Shown here: positions 20,482 through 30,231 of the stretch, in pieces | How the letters are laid out: every line of letters starts with the position of its first letter | Position numbering within the stretch: the stretch's first letter is position 1 | Assembly (NCBI GenBank): GCA_945897725.1 | Contig: CAMDFR010000007.1 | Coordinates: 22,022 to 86,021 of the forward strand | Length of the DNA: 64,000 bases | DNA from: Chitinophaga pinensis | GTDB lineage: Bacteria; Bacteroidota; Bacteroidia; Chitinophagales; CAMDFR01 | Direction: 5' to 3' | Position numbers and translations under genes: made by a program | Notes under the pieces: model-generated | Seen by the model: the letters and a program-made list of their open reading frames with translations, nothing else | What the model was told of the DNA's origin: nothing | Databases searched by the model: none

Positions 20482-22284
20482 TTAACCTTTCTTTTTTACT
20501 TTATACTTTTTGGCAATTAAAAGGTCGTAGATTTTTTCTTTTAATTCTCCTTGAATCATGATACAGCCATCCTTTACAGCACCGCCAGTACCACATTTGT
20601 TTTTTAACTCTTTGCCTAGTATCTCTAAATCTTCTGTGCTTCCAATAAAACCTTCAATCAAGGTGACCGATTTTCCGGCTCTTTGTTTTCTGTCGATAGA
20701 GACGTATAAATTTTGTTGTTGCGGAGGTAAGGTTTGCATTGATTCTTCAGGCTCCTGTTCAAAGGCGAACTCAGGATTGGTGGAGTATACAATATTTGAT
20801 TTAGACTTGTTTTTTTGTCCCATTTTCTTCTGACTGCGCGAATATAGTGAAATGCTACTCTTCTTTTTATTGATTAGCTGCCAAACAAAATATATAGGAA
20901 TTCCAAGGAGTACGATCACTAGACTGCCGATTGCAAATTTAGGCTTGGCAATAAGTAAATTAATACAGAAAAAGGAAGCAAGAATAATGTAAAAAATTTG
21001 CATATAAGGATAACCAAATGCTTTATAAGGTCTTTCTACATCTTTCATTTTTTTACGGAGAATAAAAATGCCAATTATGGTAAGTATATAAAATAATATA
21101 ACTGCGAACATCACATAGTCTAGGAGATCATTATACTTTCCTGAAAGGCATAATAATGCAGACCAAATAAATTGAATCCATAGAGCAAAACCTGGTACTC
21201 CATTTTTATTATTATTTTTCATTCTATCAAAGAATAAACCATCTTTCGCCATTTCTTGATATACCCGAACAGACGATAATACAATTCCATTATTGCAACC
21301 AAAGGTTGAAATCATGATGAGAATCGCCATGATGATAACAGCAGGATTTCCAAAGATCTGCATTGCTGCAGCCACGCCCACTCTATCCTGTGCAGCAAAT
21401 TTAATCCCTGCGTGTAAGGTATCCGTAGCATCGGGCGTTCCGTGAATCGGTAATAGACATAAATAAGCGATGTTTGCCATGAAATACAGGAAACATACGA
21501 TTAATGTACCTGTTAATAAACTCAACGGTATATTCTTCTTTGGATTTTTGATATCTCCTGCTATGAAAGTGACATTATTCCATGCATCACTGCTAAACAA
21601 TGAACCCACCAATCCTGCACCAATCGCACTTATCAATGCCATTCCACCAATATCAATATATTTACCTGTTTGATAACTGTAGGTTGTTGCATGCCAAGCG
21701 TCCTGCCAGTTTGCATGCCATATATCTATTTTGCCAAATACAAAAATACCTAGCACAATAATACCAAACAATGCAACGAGTTTTGTACTGTTGAAAATAA
21801 AATTAACAGCATTACCGTACTTCATTCCCGCACGATTGATAAGGGTTAGAATCAGTATTGAAAAGATGCCTGTGATTTGTGCTGCATTGATCGAGAAATT
21901 GTCGCTTATTTGCCAAAGAACATTTTTCTCTCCAAGTTCTGGCATCAGTACACTAGCGAACTTTGCGAATGCAACCGCAATGGCAGCAATGCTTCCGCAT
22001 TGAATGACCACAAATAAAGTCCATCCATATAAAAAAGCAGTGAATGAATTAAAAGATTCTTTTAGATAGATGTACTGGCCACCTGCCTTTGGCATCATAC
22101 CTGCAAGTTCTCCATAACTTAGTGCAGCAAGCATCGTCATTATTCCTGAGATGAGCCAAAGTATGAGAAGCCAGCCCGTACTCCCTACTGTTCTTGCCAT
22201 ATCACTACTTACAAGAAAAATACCAGAGCCAATCATACTGCCTGATACAATCAGGGTGGCATCAATAAAATTTAATTTTTTCAT
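20482..22284 (-). CDS. APC-family amino-acid permease fused in frame to a C-terminal YciH/SUI1 translation-initiation-factor domain.
   Basis: An N-terminal 12-TM APC transporter of about 470 aa (SGSMIGSGIFLVSS...). The C-terminal 108 aa (MGQKNKSKSNIVYSTNPEF...GKSVTLIEGF...KCGTGGAVKDGCIMIQGELKEK...) align with E. coli YciH, including the LVYST and GKGVxxIxG...KCGCGGxVKDGxIEIQGD motifs. There is no stop codon between the two parts. An internal ATG at 20821..20823 (minus strand) sits exactly at the SUI1 module start. Confidence 0.8.
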   Translation of the reverse strand: MKKLNFIDATLIVSGSMIGSGIFLVSSDMARTVGSTGWLLILWLISGIMTMLAALSYGELAGMMPKAGGQYIYLKESFNSFTAFLYGWTLFVVIQCGSIAAIAVAFAKFASVLMPELGEKNVLWQISDNFSINAAQITGIFSILILTLINRAGMKYGNAVNFIFNSTKLVALFGIIVLGIFVFGKIDIWHANWQDAWHATTYSYQTGKYIDIGGMALISAIGAGLVGSLFSSDAWNNVTFIAGDIKNPKKNIPLSLLTGTLIVCFLYFMANIAYLCLLPIHGTPDATDTLHAGIKFAAQDRVGVAAAMQIFGNPAVIIMAILIMISTFGCNNGIVLSSVRVYQEMAKDGLFFDRMKNNNKNGVPGFALWIQFIWSALLCLSGKYNDLLDYVMFAVILFYILTIIGIFILRKKMKDVERPYKAFGYPYMQIFYIILASFFCINLLIAKPKFAIGSLVIVLLGIPIYFVWQLINKKKSSISLYSRSQKKMGQKNKSKSNIVYSTNPEFAFEQEPEESMQTLPPQQQNLYVSIDRKQRAGKSVTLIEGFIGSTEDLEILGKELKNKCGTGGAVKDGCIMIQGELKEKIYDLLIAKKYKVKKKG

Positions 22285-22301
22285 GAAATAAAAACGTCTA
22301 T

Positions 22302-23789
22302 TTATGAAGGATCACTTTCTGTTTTGTTCATTTTACTGTTCTTTTTGCTATAGACAAAATAAATCACTAAACCGATGGCCAACCAGACAATCAATCGTAA
22401 CCAATTCGTCCAGCCAAGACCTGCAATCATGGCCAAACAAAACAAGATACCCAAAATGGGAACCAATGGAACCAAAGGTGTCTTGAACTGACGTGGCATA
22501 TCCGGATCCGTTTTTCTTAAAATAATGACACCCGCACAAACAAGAATAAATGCGAATAATGTACCTATACTTGACATATCTCCGACAATATCCCCGGGAA
22601 CAAAAGCAGCAAAAAATCCAACAATTAAAAAGATCATGATGTTTGCTTTATAAGGTGTTTTGAAGGTAGGATGTAAAGTTGATAAACTAAAAGGCAATAA
22701 TCCATCTTTACTCATCGAGTAAAAAACCCTTGACTGTCCTAATAGAAGTACCAGAATGACAGATGAAAATCCAGCTAGAATGGCAACCGTAACAAAACTT
22801 GCAAGCCAGGAATAACCTGTCATATATTTTGAAATGACAAATACAACAGATGCTTCTTTTCCTTCTGTTCTGAAGTCTTCTGTGGTGGCTACCCCGGTCA
22901 GAACATGTGCAAACAAAATATATAAAACAGTACAAATAGCTAATGAGCCAAGAATACCGATCGGCATATCTCTTTTGGGATTTTTTGCTTCCTGTGCGGC
23001 TGTACTAACGGCATCAAATCCAATAAATGCAAAGAATACTACTCCAGCTGCACCGAGTACACCCATGATACCTCCAAAACTTTTGGATACGCCATGCGGA
23101 TCTACATATGTTGTGGCAACGGGAATATAAGGAGTATGATTGGCAGGATTGATAAATTGCCATCCGATAAAAATAATAAGAAGTACGATAGCTACCTTCA
23201 TAATCACAATTAGATTATTGATCAGTGCACTTTCTTTTGTACCTTTTATAAGAAGTAAACTTAAAACAAGGATGATAAATAAAGCAGGTAGATTGATAAT
23301 ACCGTGAACGCCTTCTAGTGAAGTTAAAAATGGGGAATGGCACCATTGATAGGGTATGGCGCTTATATGCAGCACATTCACCAAAAGATTATTCAGATAT
23401 TCACTCCAGGCAATACCTACCGTGGCAGCTCCTACCGCATATTCAAGAATGAGATCCCAACCGATGATCCACGCTACCAATTCACCCATGGTAGCATAGG
23501 AATAAGTATATGCGCTACCTGAAATTGGAATGGTTGAAGAAAATTCAGCATAACAGAGACCAGCGAAAGCACAACCCATAGCAGCTATAATAAATCCTAA
23601 AGTGACTGCGGGTCCTGCATGTTCTGCTGAAGCAGCGGCCGTTCTAACAAATAGACCAGCACCAATAATTGCTCCGATTCCTAAGGCAATTAGCGAGCCT
23701 GCTCCAAGCGTCCGTTTCATGCCTTTTGATGTCTCTTTTGATTCTTCTAAGAGATCCTGAATATTTTTCTTTCTGAATAAGTTTGTCAT
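22302..23789 (-). CDS. APC-family amino-acid permease (cationic amino-acid transporter-like).
   Basis: 495 aa, about 12 TM, with APC consensus regions (GAGLFV, AEFSSTIPISGSAYTY). It lies 17 nt upstream of the second permease. Confidence 0.85.
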   Translation of the reverse strand: MTNLFRKKNIQDLLEESKETSKGMKRTLGAGSLIALGIGAIIGAGLFVRTAAASAEHAGPAVTLGFIIAAMGCAFAGLCYAEFSSTIPISGSAYTYSYATMGELVAWIIGWDLILEYAVGAATVGIAWSEYLNNLLVNVLHISAIPYQWCHSPFLTSLEGVHGIINLPALFIILVLSLLLIKGTKESALINNLIVIMKVAIVLLIIFIGWQFINPANHTPYIPVATTYVDPHGVSKSFGGIMGVLGAAGVVFFAFIGFDAVSTAAQEAKNPKRDMPIGILGSLAICTVLYILFAHVLTGVATTEDFRTEGKEASVVFVISKYMTGYSWLASFVTVAILAGFSSVILVLLLGQSRVFYSMSKDGLLPFSLSTLHPTFKTPYKANIMIFLIVGFFAAFVPGDIVGDMSSIGTLFAFILVCAGVIILRKTDPDMPRQFKTPLVPLVPILGILFCLAMIAGLGWTNWLRLIVWLAIGLVIYFVYSKKNSKMNKTESDPS

Positions 23790-23873
23790 AGAAAAGATTG
23801 AATTTATTATAATTTAACAAGATATAAATAAAGTGAAAGTAAACAAAAATAATTATTAGCCGAAAAATAATGC

Positions 23874-24530
23874 CTAAATCGTATTTTTTTTACCAAAAAA
23901 CTCTTTGGCAATGCCGTAAATGAATGGAAGTATAGAAATGATCAAAATGACAGTGGTTATCTTCTTAAAATGTTCTTGCACCCAAGGAATACTGCTCAAA
24001 AAATAGCCTCCTAACAAAAAAGGGGTTACCCATGCCACAGCTCCAATCAATGTATAAGTCAAGAACTTTTTTCTGTTCATGTAGCCTAGCCCTGCCACAA
24101 AGGGAACAAAAGTTCTTACAAAAGGCGTGAACCTGCCCATGATGATAGCAAATGCACCGTTTTTTTCATAATACGCATGCGCACTCTGTAAATGTTTCTT
24201 TTTTATAAAGGGAATCTTCTCCCTTTCCAATATAGAAGGACCTACCCATCTGCCAATAGAATAGTTTACGACATTGCCTAGAGCAGCAGCAAAAACTAAA
24301 AGGATGAAAAGAAGACCAATATTCAAATCACCCAAACCCACGACTATACCCGCACCAAAAAGTAAAGAATCCCCAGGAAGAAAAGGGGTAACTACTAATC
24401 CTGTTTCTGCAAAAATAATAAGCATTAAGATGATAAAAATAAAGCTATCATGTTGTTTAAAAAGTTCTTTTAAAGATTCTAAATCGCCCAATTTATGAAT
24501 GAAGTCGTATAACATATGTATCAAATCCAT
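23874..24530 (-). CDS. DedA/SNARE-associated (TVP38) family membrane protein.
   Basis: VTPFLPGDSLLFGAG signature and about 4-5 TM helices. Confidence 0.8.
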   Translation of the reverse strand: MDLIHMLYDFIHKLGDLESLKELFKQHDSFIFIILMLIIFAETGLVVTPFLPGDSLLFGAGIVVGLGDLNIGLLFILLVFAAALGNVVNYSIGRWVGPSILEREKIPFIKKKHLQSAHAYYEKNGAFAIIMGRFTPFVRTFVPFVAGLGYMNRKKFLTYTLIGAVAWVTPFLLGGYFLSSIPWVQEHFKKITTVILIISILPFIYGIAKEFFGKKNTI

Positions 24531-24722
24531 GAGAGAAAAACTATTTAATGTAATGAATGATTAAAAAATAAAGTTAAGGTTTTCAATAGTAAATACAAGA
24601 TATCATTTTTTAGTAGGCTTATAATTATCAGATAAACAATACATTATTACAATATTAAAAACTTGGCATAGCACTTGTTATCAATCAATAACAATCATCA
24701 AATTAAAAAGGAGAAACCAATC

Positions 24723-25490
24723 ATGAAACGCCAAATTTTACTATCAGCAGCAATACTATTCGTAAGTTTTGTATCCTTTGGACAAGTAAGATATCAAAGC
24801 AATGCTGCCCCAGTTGTATTATCCAATGTAAATGTTAGAATGGAAAATAATATACCATTTCAAATGAGTATGGATGGTATCAATTACTTGACCAATTTGA
24901 GTGTTCATCAGTTGAAGCAAGTGAATCCAGGTAACCACAGCATTCAAATTTTTAGAACTTATTTTAATGGGTATAGATATGTTAGGCAGTTGATTCTAAG
25001 TACAACTATTGTTGTACCTTATGCAACTGAACAATCCTTGGTATTAGATCGATACAATCGACTTAACCTAGAACATCAGATTGCACTCATTGAGCCACAA
25101 CCTGATCATCAGAATACAGCGTATTATGATCCATACGAGCCTTATCAGCAATACAATACTCCTGCTCCACGTCCAATGCCAGATCATAACTGTTGGATTA
25201 GACAAATGAATGATGCAGCTTTTACTCAGTTACTTGGAGTTATTGATAGGGCAAGTTTCGAAAGTTCAAAGATTGAGATTGCAAAGCAAGCATTGAGATC
25301 AAACTATTTGACTTCTCGACAGGTAGCCACTTTGATGCAAGCATTTAGTTTTGAAAGCTCTAAACTTGAGATTGCTAAATGCTCTTTCAATAAGACAGTT
25401 GATAAGAATAACTACTATGTTGTAAATGATGCATTTTACTTTAGCAGTAGCATCTCAGCTTTACAAGAATATATTTCAACACTATCATAG
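24723..25490 (+). CDS. DUF4476 domain-containing secreted protein.
   Basis: Signal peptide (MKRQILLSAAILFVSFVSFGQ). Two tandem DUF4476-type repeats (ASFESSKIEIAKQAL and FSFESSKLEIAKCSF). The ORF track starts at 24675, but the signal peptide favours 24723. Confidence 0.65.
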   Translation: MKRQILLSAAILFVSFVSFGQVRYQSNAAPVVLSNVNVRMENNIPFQMSMDGINYLTNLSVHQLKQVNPGNHSIQIFRTYFNGYRYVRQLILSTTIVVPYATEQSLVLDRYNRLNLEHQIALIEPQPDHQNTAYYDPYEPYQQYNTPAPRPMPDHNCWIRQMNDAAFTQLLGVIDRASFESSKIEIAKQALRSNYLTSRQVATLMQAFSFESSKLEIAKCSFNKTVDKNNYYVVNDAFYFSSSISALQEYISTLS

Positions 25491-25516
25491 AAAAAATATT
25501 TGGGGTATAGTCAGGA

Positions 25517-25546
25517 GGGCCGGAAAGAGATTTCCGGTCTTTTTAT
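25517..25546 (+). terminator. Rho-independent terminator after the DUF4476 gene.
   Basis: GGGCCGGAAA-gaga-TTTCCGGTC followed by TTTTTAT. Confidence 0.75.
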
Positions 25547-25653
25547 GTTCTCTCATGTAGCCATAAACATTCCTTCATTATCTCTTGTTGTTTATGAGAT
25601 AATTGTGTATTTATTCCTTAATTTCGCACTTTAATTATTTAAATTATTTTATA

Positions 25654-26829
25654 ATGAGAGAAGTATATGTTATGTCTATGGCTCGCACGCCAATAGGAAG
25701 TATGAGTGGATCTTTGGCTTCCGTTTCGGCAACGGAATTGGGTGCACAAAGTATCAAAAAAGCAATGGAAAGAGCTGGTATTACAGGCGAACAAGTGGAG
25801 GAAGTAATCATGGGCAATGTGATTCAAGCAAATGTTGGTCAAGCTCCAGCCCGTCAAGCAGCCATTGCAGCCGGTGTTCATACTTCAGCAACATGTACAA
25901 CTGTAAATAAGGTTTGCGCAAGCGGAATGAAAGCAGTCATCCTAGCGGCTCAATCAATTATGTTAGGCGATAAGAATGTAGTAGTGGCTGGTGGTATGGA
26001 AAGCATGAGCAATGCGCCATTTATGTTAGCCTCTGCCCGTAATGGTTATCGCTATGGAAATAGCGAAGTGATAGATGCCATCGTTAGAGATGCCTTACAA
26101 GATCCATACAGTAAAGAAATGATGGGAAGCAGTGGTGATAGATGTGCTGTTCAATTTAATTTTTCTCGTGAAGATCAAGATGCTTTTTCAGTTGAGTCTT
26201 ACAGAAGGGCAAATGAAGCATATGCAAGCAATGCTTTTGCCGATGAACTTTTTGAGGTAGAGGTGAAAGGTAGGGGAGAAAGCACTTTTGTAAAAGAAGA
26301 TGAAGAATATAAAAAATTGCGTGCTGATAAGGTGGCTACATTGAAACCTGCATTTTCAAAGGATGGAACGGTAACAGCAGTGAATGCCTCAAAAATCAAT
26401 GATGGTGCATCTGCGTTAGTGTTGATGAGCAAAGAAAAAGCGAATGAGCTAGGATTGAAGCCAATTGCCATTATTAGAGGTTATGCAGATGCTGAACAAG
26501 CACCAAATGATTTCACAACTACCCCTTCGCTTGCCATTCCATTGGCTGTAAAAAAAGCGGGTTTAGAGATGACACAAATAGAATATGTAGAAATCAATGA
26601 AGCGTTTGCGAATGTTACGATGGCAAATACTAAAATTTTAGGTTTCGATCCAGCTAACGTAAATGTATATGGTGGTGCTGTAGCCTTGGGTCATCCAGTA
26701 GGCTCCAGTGGTTCTAGAATTATTTGTACACTTATTTCTGTATTAAAGAATAAAAATGCTACCTATGGAACAGCAGCCATTTGCAATGGTGGTGGCGGTG
26801 CTTCTGCGATTGTAATTGAGAAATGTTAG
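25654..26829 (+). CDS. Acetyl-CoA C-acetyltransferase (thiolase II).
   Basis: Thiolase motifs NKVCASGMKAV (active Cys), GGMESMS, and the C-terminal GHPVGSSG and AAICNGGGGASA. The start is chosen at MREVYVMS rather than the upstream in-frame M at 25603. Confidence 0.9.
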   Translation: MREVYVMSMARTPIGSMSGSLASVSATELGAQSIKKAMERAGITGEQVEEVIMGNVIQANVGQAPARQAAIAAGVHTSATCTTVNKVCASGMKAVILAAQSIMLGDKNVVVAGGMESMSNAPFMLASARNGYRYGNSEVIDAIVRDALQDPYSKEMMGSSGDRCAVQFNFSREDQDAFSVESYRRANEAYASNAFADELFEVEVKGRGESTFVKEDEEYKKLRADKVATLKPAFSKDGTVTAVNASKINDGASALVLMSKEKANELGLKPIAIIRGYADAEQAPNDFTTTPSLAIPLAVKKAGLEMTQIEYVEINEAFANVTMANTKILGFDPANVNVYGGAVALGHPVGSSGSRIICTLISVLKNKNATYGTAAICNGGGGASAIVIEKC

Positions 26830-26851
26830 TGCTTAAATAACGATTATAAAA

Positions 26852-26882
26852 AAGCCGATATCCATTGATATCGGCTTTTTTT
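26852..26882. terminator. Bidirectional intrinsic terminator between the thiolase (+) and TonB-dependent receptor (-) genes.
   Basis: AAGCCGATATC-cattg-GATATCGGCTT perfect 11-bp stem, flanked by an A-run upstream and a T-run downstream. Confidence 0.75.
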
Positions 26883-26899
26883 GTCTTTGACTTCAATTT

Positions 26900-29281
26900 C
26901 TAGAACTTATATCTTGCTTGTAATGTAAAGCTAATTGGGGCATCGGCACGTCCAATTCTTGCTGCATATAATCTGTTGGTAAAATTTTTAACTAAAAAGG
27001 TCAGGCTTAAGTGTTCATTTGGTGTATAGCCCATTCTTAAATCCATGATGGCATCGCCTCGTTTGTGTTTCTCTGCATAAGCGGCTAAGGATTGTTTACC
27101 ATTGTCTAATGAATTGAAAACGGCATAGTATTTAGCTGGAATAACTTCGCCGAAACTATTGTAATTTAAGCAATAGCCAAACATTACTTTTTTATATTTT
27201 AATTCCACATCAACGCGAATCATATGTCGAGTACGATATTGTAAGATGCTTGTTTGGCCAGTGCGATTGGTATCGATAAAATTATAGTCGCTAGCTTCCA
27301 TTCGTTTGAACATATATTTAAAGGTATTCTTATAAAAATCTTTGAATTTTTGATTTGGAGAATTGGTGGTAGAATTGCCTGGGAAATTATAAGTATAGCC
27401 AATCAAACTATTTAACTCTACCGCTCCAATTTTACCTTGACTCACCATAGAGGCTTCATAGCCCATAACACGTGCATCTGGTGTATTAAAGGGCTTGAAT
27501 CCAAAAATATAATCCCCTTGATCTTTGAATATCTTTTCGCCGTTATCATATTTGTTTTCATACACATTTACATTGTATTCCACTAAGTTTTTGTATTGCT
27601 GTAAGAATACAGAGAAATCGAATAGTGCTTTCCAATTCTTTTTTACCATCAACACTTGTTTAACACCTGCTTCGAAATTCCATGCTTTTTCTGTTTTTAA
27701 CTCTCTGTTTGGAAGTACATAATTGGAGCCAATTAAATTCGCGTACAAGTATTTTTCTGCAAGGCTTGGCATTCTGTAGCCTTGTCCCCATGAAGCTCTG
27801 ACAAAAGTAGATTTGGTCGCCTGGTAGTTGGCGCCTACTCTAAACACAGGTAAATTGTATTCTACTTTTTCAACTACTTTTTGGATTTCGTATCGAATTC
27901 CTCCTACAATATCGAATCTATTTAATTTAAGTTCGGCTTGTACGTATGCGGCAACATTGTAGGTGTATAAATGAGAAAAACCTTCAAATAGATTACTAAT
28001 ATTATTGGTGATAGTGAAAGGTAAACCACTGGTGATGGTAATAAATTTATCGGTGCCAAGAGTGATTTTTTTTTGATGTTGTATATCTATATTGTACGAC
28101 CAAGATGAGGCAGGGATAATACCTGCACTACCGAAACGATATACATTTAACAAACGTGCAAGTATGCTAAATTTATTATTTCTTTTAGCTGTATAGATCA
28201 AGTGAGGATCTATTGCTAATCGAAAATATCTATCGTCGGAGCCCGCGGAACGTCTATAAATATTAGTGTCGGCATCTTGAGATAGAAAAAATCGGCCGCT
28301 ATTCTCATACATGCTATTGATGTCTATACCCATGATAAGTCCAGCCACTTTTTTAGGACTCCATTTTGTTTTTACTGCGACACGAAATCTAATTTCGTCG
28401 TTGCCTGTCAAAAAACTTTTTAACTGATAATAATTTGCAGAAGCCACGTAGTTGAATGTTTTTATTTTTTGCTTTGAGAGCAAAGACAAGCCCACCTCGT
28501 GTGGCTGTGCATTAGCCCACCACGCAGCTGGTTTGAGCGAAGGATTTCCATAAAGTGTATAAAAGGAAGTAAGTTCGTTATAAGCTTTATCTGTACCCCA
28601 ACCTGTTCGCATATTTACCACGCCATTGAGCGCACTAGAACCGTATATTACAGAAGCTGCTCCTTTAATAATTTCAACCTGTTCAGCCATTTCTAAAGGT
28701 GCAAACTTTAATTGTGCATCATTTAAATCGCCACTCAAATAGTTCAATCCATCTACCAATACGGCAGTTCTGCTTCCAGCACCATAGGCATAACTGCTAC
28801 CGCCACGAATACTAATTTGACCATCCTGCACCTGCACACCTGGCGACTTTGCAACAACATCACCTAATTGCACAGCATTCGTGTTTTTAACAATGCCTTT
28901 GCCTAAAACATCCATGGATATGGTTTCTTGGGTAAGTTTCTTTTCATATTGAGAAGCAGAAACCACAATGATGTCCAAGGTAGCTGTAGGTTCTAAAACG
29001 ATATCTACTTTTTTGTTTTCATTAGTTTTGAAATCTAGCTCCACACTATAGTTCTGATAACCAATGCAGCTAAAGTCAAGGAGGTGGTGTCCTTCTGTAA
29101 GTTCAATGGAATAGCTTCCATCCAAACTAGTGCTCCCCGTGTTTTTATGATCTATAGAAATGAGCACACCCGGAATAGGAAGATTATCTTTTTTAGCTTG
29201 GATAAGTCCACTCATAGATTGAGAAAAACTATGGACAGTAAAAAATAAAAGTATAACTATGGTTGTGATTAATCTTTTCAA
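26900..29281 (-). CDS. TonB-dependent outer-membrane receptor with an N-terminal carboxypeptidase-regulatory-like domain.
   Basis: Signal peptide. CarbopepD_reg-like domain (GVLISIDHKNTGSTSLDGSYSIEL). Plug region (DIIVVSASQ...). Beta-barrel ending in the aromatic terminal F (...ARYKF). Confidence 0.85.
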   Translation of the reverse strand: MKRLITTIVILLFFTVHSFSQSMSGLIQAKKDNLPIPGVLISIDHKNTGSTSLDGSYSIELTEGHHLLDFSCIGYQNYSVELDFKTNENKKVDIVLEPTATLDIIVVSASQYEKKLTQETISMDVLGKGIVKNTNAVQLGDVVAKSPGVQVQDGQISIRGGSSYAYGAGSRTAVLVDGLNYLSGDLNDAQLKFAPLEMAEQVEIIKGAASVIYGSSALNGVVNMRTGWGTDKAYNELTSFYTLYGNPSLKPAAWWANAQPHEVGLSLLSKQKIKTFNYVASANYYQLKSFLTGNDEIRFRVAVKTKWSPKKVAGLIMGIDINSMYENSGRFFLSQDADTNIYRRSAGSDDRYFRLAIDPHLIYTAKRNNKFSILARLLNVYRFGSAGIIPASSWSYNIDIQHQKKITLGTDKFITITSGLPFTITNNISNLFEGFSHLYTYNVAAYVQAELKLNRFDIVGGIRYEIQKVVEKVEYNLPVFRVGANYQATKSTFVRASWGQGYRMPSLAEKYLYANLIGSNYVLPNRELKTEKAWNFEAGVKQVLMVKKNWKALFDFSVFLQQYKNLVEYNVNVYENKYDNGEKIFKDQGDYIFGFKPFNTPDARVMGYEASMVSQGKIGAVELNSLIGYTYNFPGNSTTNSPNQKFKDFYKNTFKYMFKRMEASDYNFIDTNRTGQTSILQYRTRHMIRVDVELKYKKVMFGYCLNYNSFGEVIPAKYYAVFNSLDNGKQSLAAYAEKHKRGDAIMDLRMGYTPNEHLSLTFLVKNFTNRLYAARIGRADAPISFTLQARYKF

Positions 29282-29429
29282 AGCATCATTATTAAGTGAA
29301 TAATATCATGAAATACAAAGATAATTGATTGTGTAAAAAAGCTATAACTTTTCATTCTACAAATGTCTATTATAATCGCAATCTAGGTTGAGTCTGGCTG
29401 TTTAATATTTAGTAAAGGAAAGACTATCT

Positions 29430-30197
29430 TTGAAAGTACAATTTTTAAAAGTGAAGATAAAGTTAGCCAAAATTTCTACGAGCGCTCCGAAGAAACTTGA
29501 TAAGGAGAAAACAAAGTTAAAAACAATTGATTTATGTGCTAAAATCGGAGCATTACAGAATCTTCTTTATGCAGCCTCTAAGCACTCAGTATTGATTGTT
29601 ATACAGGGCATGGATGCTAGCGGAAAAGATGGTTTGGTAAAGCGTATTTGTGCAGATATCAATCCATCGGGCGTAAGAGTACATCCATTCAAAAAGCCAA
29701 CAGATTTAGAAATGGCGCATGATTTTTTATGGAGAGTGCATCAGGTAGTTCCGGAAAAAGGAATCATACAGATATTTAATCGTTCTCATTATGAAGATAT
29801 ATTGATACAAAGAGTTCATGAGTGGATTAGCATGGATGTGGTAAAACAAAGAATGAATCATATCAATGCTTTTGAACAAATGTTGACAGAAAATGGAACC
29901 ACCATTCTAAAGTTTTACCTGCACATCTCACCAGAGGAACAACAAAAACGATTGCTTGAGCGAATGAATGACATGAGCAAAAAATGGAAGTATAATGTGC
30001 AGGATCAGGTGGAAAGTAAATTGTGGCACAGCTATATAAATGCTTATGAGGATGCCATTAATCTTTGCAACCAGGCTGCAGCATGGCAAGTGATTCCTTC
30101 TGACCAAAATTGGTATAAAGAATATTTGGTGGCCTCAAGAATAGTCGAAGAATTAACTAAACTTAAAATGAAATTTCCAAATCCTGTGATTAAATGA
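29430..30197 (+). CDS. Polyphosphate kinase 2 (PPK2) family polyphosphate:nucleotide phosphotransferase.
   Basis: Walker-A-like GMDASGKDG and the PPK2 lid and core motifs (FNRSHYEDIL, WRVHQ). Confidence 0.85.
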   Translation: MKVQFLKVKIKLAKISTSAPKKLDKEKTKLKTIDLCAKIGALQNLLYAASKHSVLIVIQGMDASGKDGLVKRICADINPSGVRVHPFKKPTDLEMAHDFLWRVHQVVPEKGIIQIFNRSHYEDILIQRVHEWISMDVVKQRMNHINAFEQMLTENGTTILKFYLHISPEEQQKRLLERMNDMSKKWKYNVQDQVESKLWHSYINAYEDAINLCNQAAAWQVIPSDQNWYKEYLVASRIVEELTKLKMKFPNPVIK

Positions 30198-30231
30198 ACT
30201 TTTTATCCATAGGATTGTTTTTATCCATTGT

